This document shows, one piece after another, positions 63,645 to 64,000 of a stretch of 64,000 bases of DNA. Position 1 is the stretch's first letter, and every line of letters begins with the position of its first letter. Position numbers and translations under genes: made by a program. The stretch is taken from assembly GCA_043228905.1 (NCBI GenBank), contig JBHGNT010000013.1, positions 5,146,001-5,210,000 on the forward strand, written 5' to 3'. Under the pieces are notes generated by a model. The model was not told the DNA's origin. It did not search any database and worked only from the letters and a program-made list of their open reading frames with translations. The stretch is from Azolla caroliniana (lineage: Eukaryota; Plantae; Polypodiophyta).

Positions 63645-63980
63645 TGTCACGGACACACCAACCACAGACTCGGACGGAGCACGAATGATGGGGCTAAGAG
63701 CGTGGAACTTAAGACACTGGTAACGACATAAGAGCATGAAGACAGAGATGAAGATCAATGAGACAATATGGCATGAAACAAGAATACTAGATTGATGTGT
63801 CAATGACTGGTGTTTAATCCCTTGAAAGGGACCAAGGAGGTTACAAGTATTTATACAAATTCTGAGATGGAATATCTCTAGAAGATGAACGAGAAGAACC
63901 TACCGAAATTGTACTGGGCAAAAGCAGCTACACAATTGTCTATATGTTCATAACTAAGTGTATGCCACTGTGTCATGACA
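63645..63980 (-). mobile_element. Solo LTR (336 bp) in the integrase of K
   Basis: TGTCA...TGACA termini; degenerate TSD GCAAG/ACTAG; removal restores VARAMMN; TATAAATAC on the minus strand at ~63847-63855. Confidence 0.8.
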
Positions 63981-64000
63981 ACTAGGGCCATGATGAACGA

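Larger units (their letters stand above)
61303..64000 (+). mobile_element. Ty1/Copia element K (D/E group), continues beyond the window
   Basis: 5' LTR 61303-61638; PBS TGGTACCAGAGC at 61639-61650; gag MGSTLPTEKLNRRN at 61755; WFVDSGASNH; integrase HSDVWGP; stops and frameshifts. Confidence 0.92.

Overview
Eukaryotic (land-plant, probably a non-seed plant such as a fern or bryophyte; inferred from element types only) heterochromatin-like window made almost entirely of nested transposable elements; no host gene, rRNA, bona fide tRNA or CRISPR array could be supported. Matching target-site duplications (TSDs) resolve the nesting. A hAT-type MITE (689-6497) carries a decayed chromoviral Gypsy (951-6091). 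An old Copia 'A' (from ~7837) is split by a gag-only tRNA-Trp-primed LTR element (9314-12931), Copia 'B' (13845-28473, itself containing a three-LTR Copia 'D' and Copia 'C'), a solo LTR (28863-29257) and Copia 'E' (from 30910). E contains a second hAT MITE and the Tat-like Gypsy 'F' (33157-44750), which contains Gypsy 'G' (34611-43734), which contains Copia 'H' with an intact 1344-aa polyprotein. Then come a Tcn1-like Gypsy fragment, a 5'-truncated LINE, a very young chromoviral Gypsy (48474-55581), AT-rich spacer, and Copia 'K' (from 61303) with a solo LTR. The most unusual signals are (i) a tRNA-Arg 3'-end-like sequence where G's polypurine tract should be, (ii) tRNA-like A/B-box modules placed antisense in the U3 of two unrelated LTR families, (iii) an intact Copia ORF fused to a Gypsy LTR promoter, and (iv) a ~1100-codon Gag/coiled-coil fusion ORF. 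All alignments were made by eye; lineage names are tentative.
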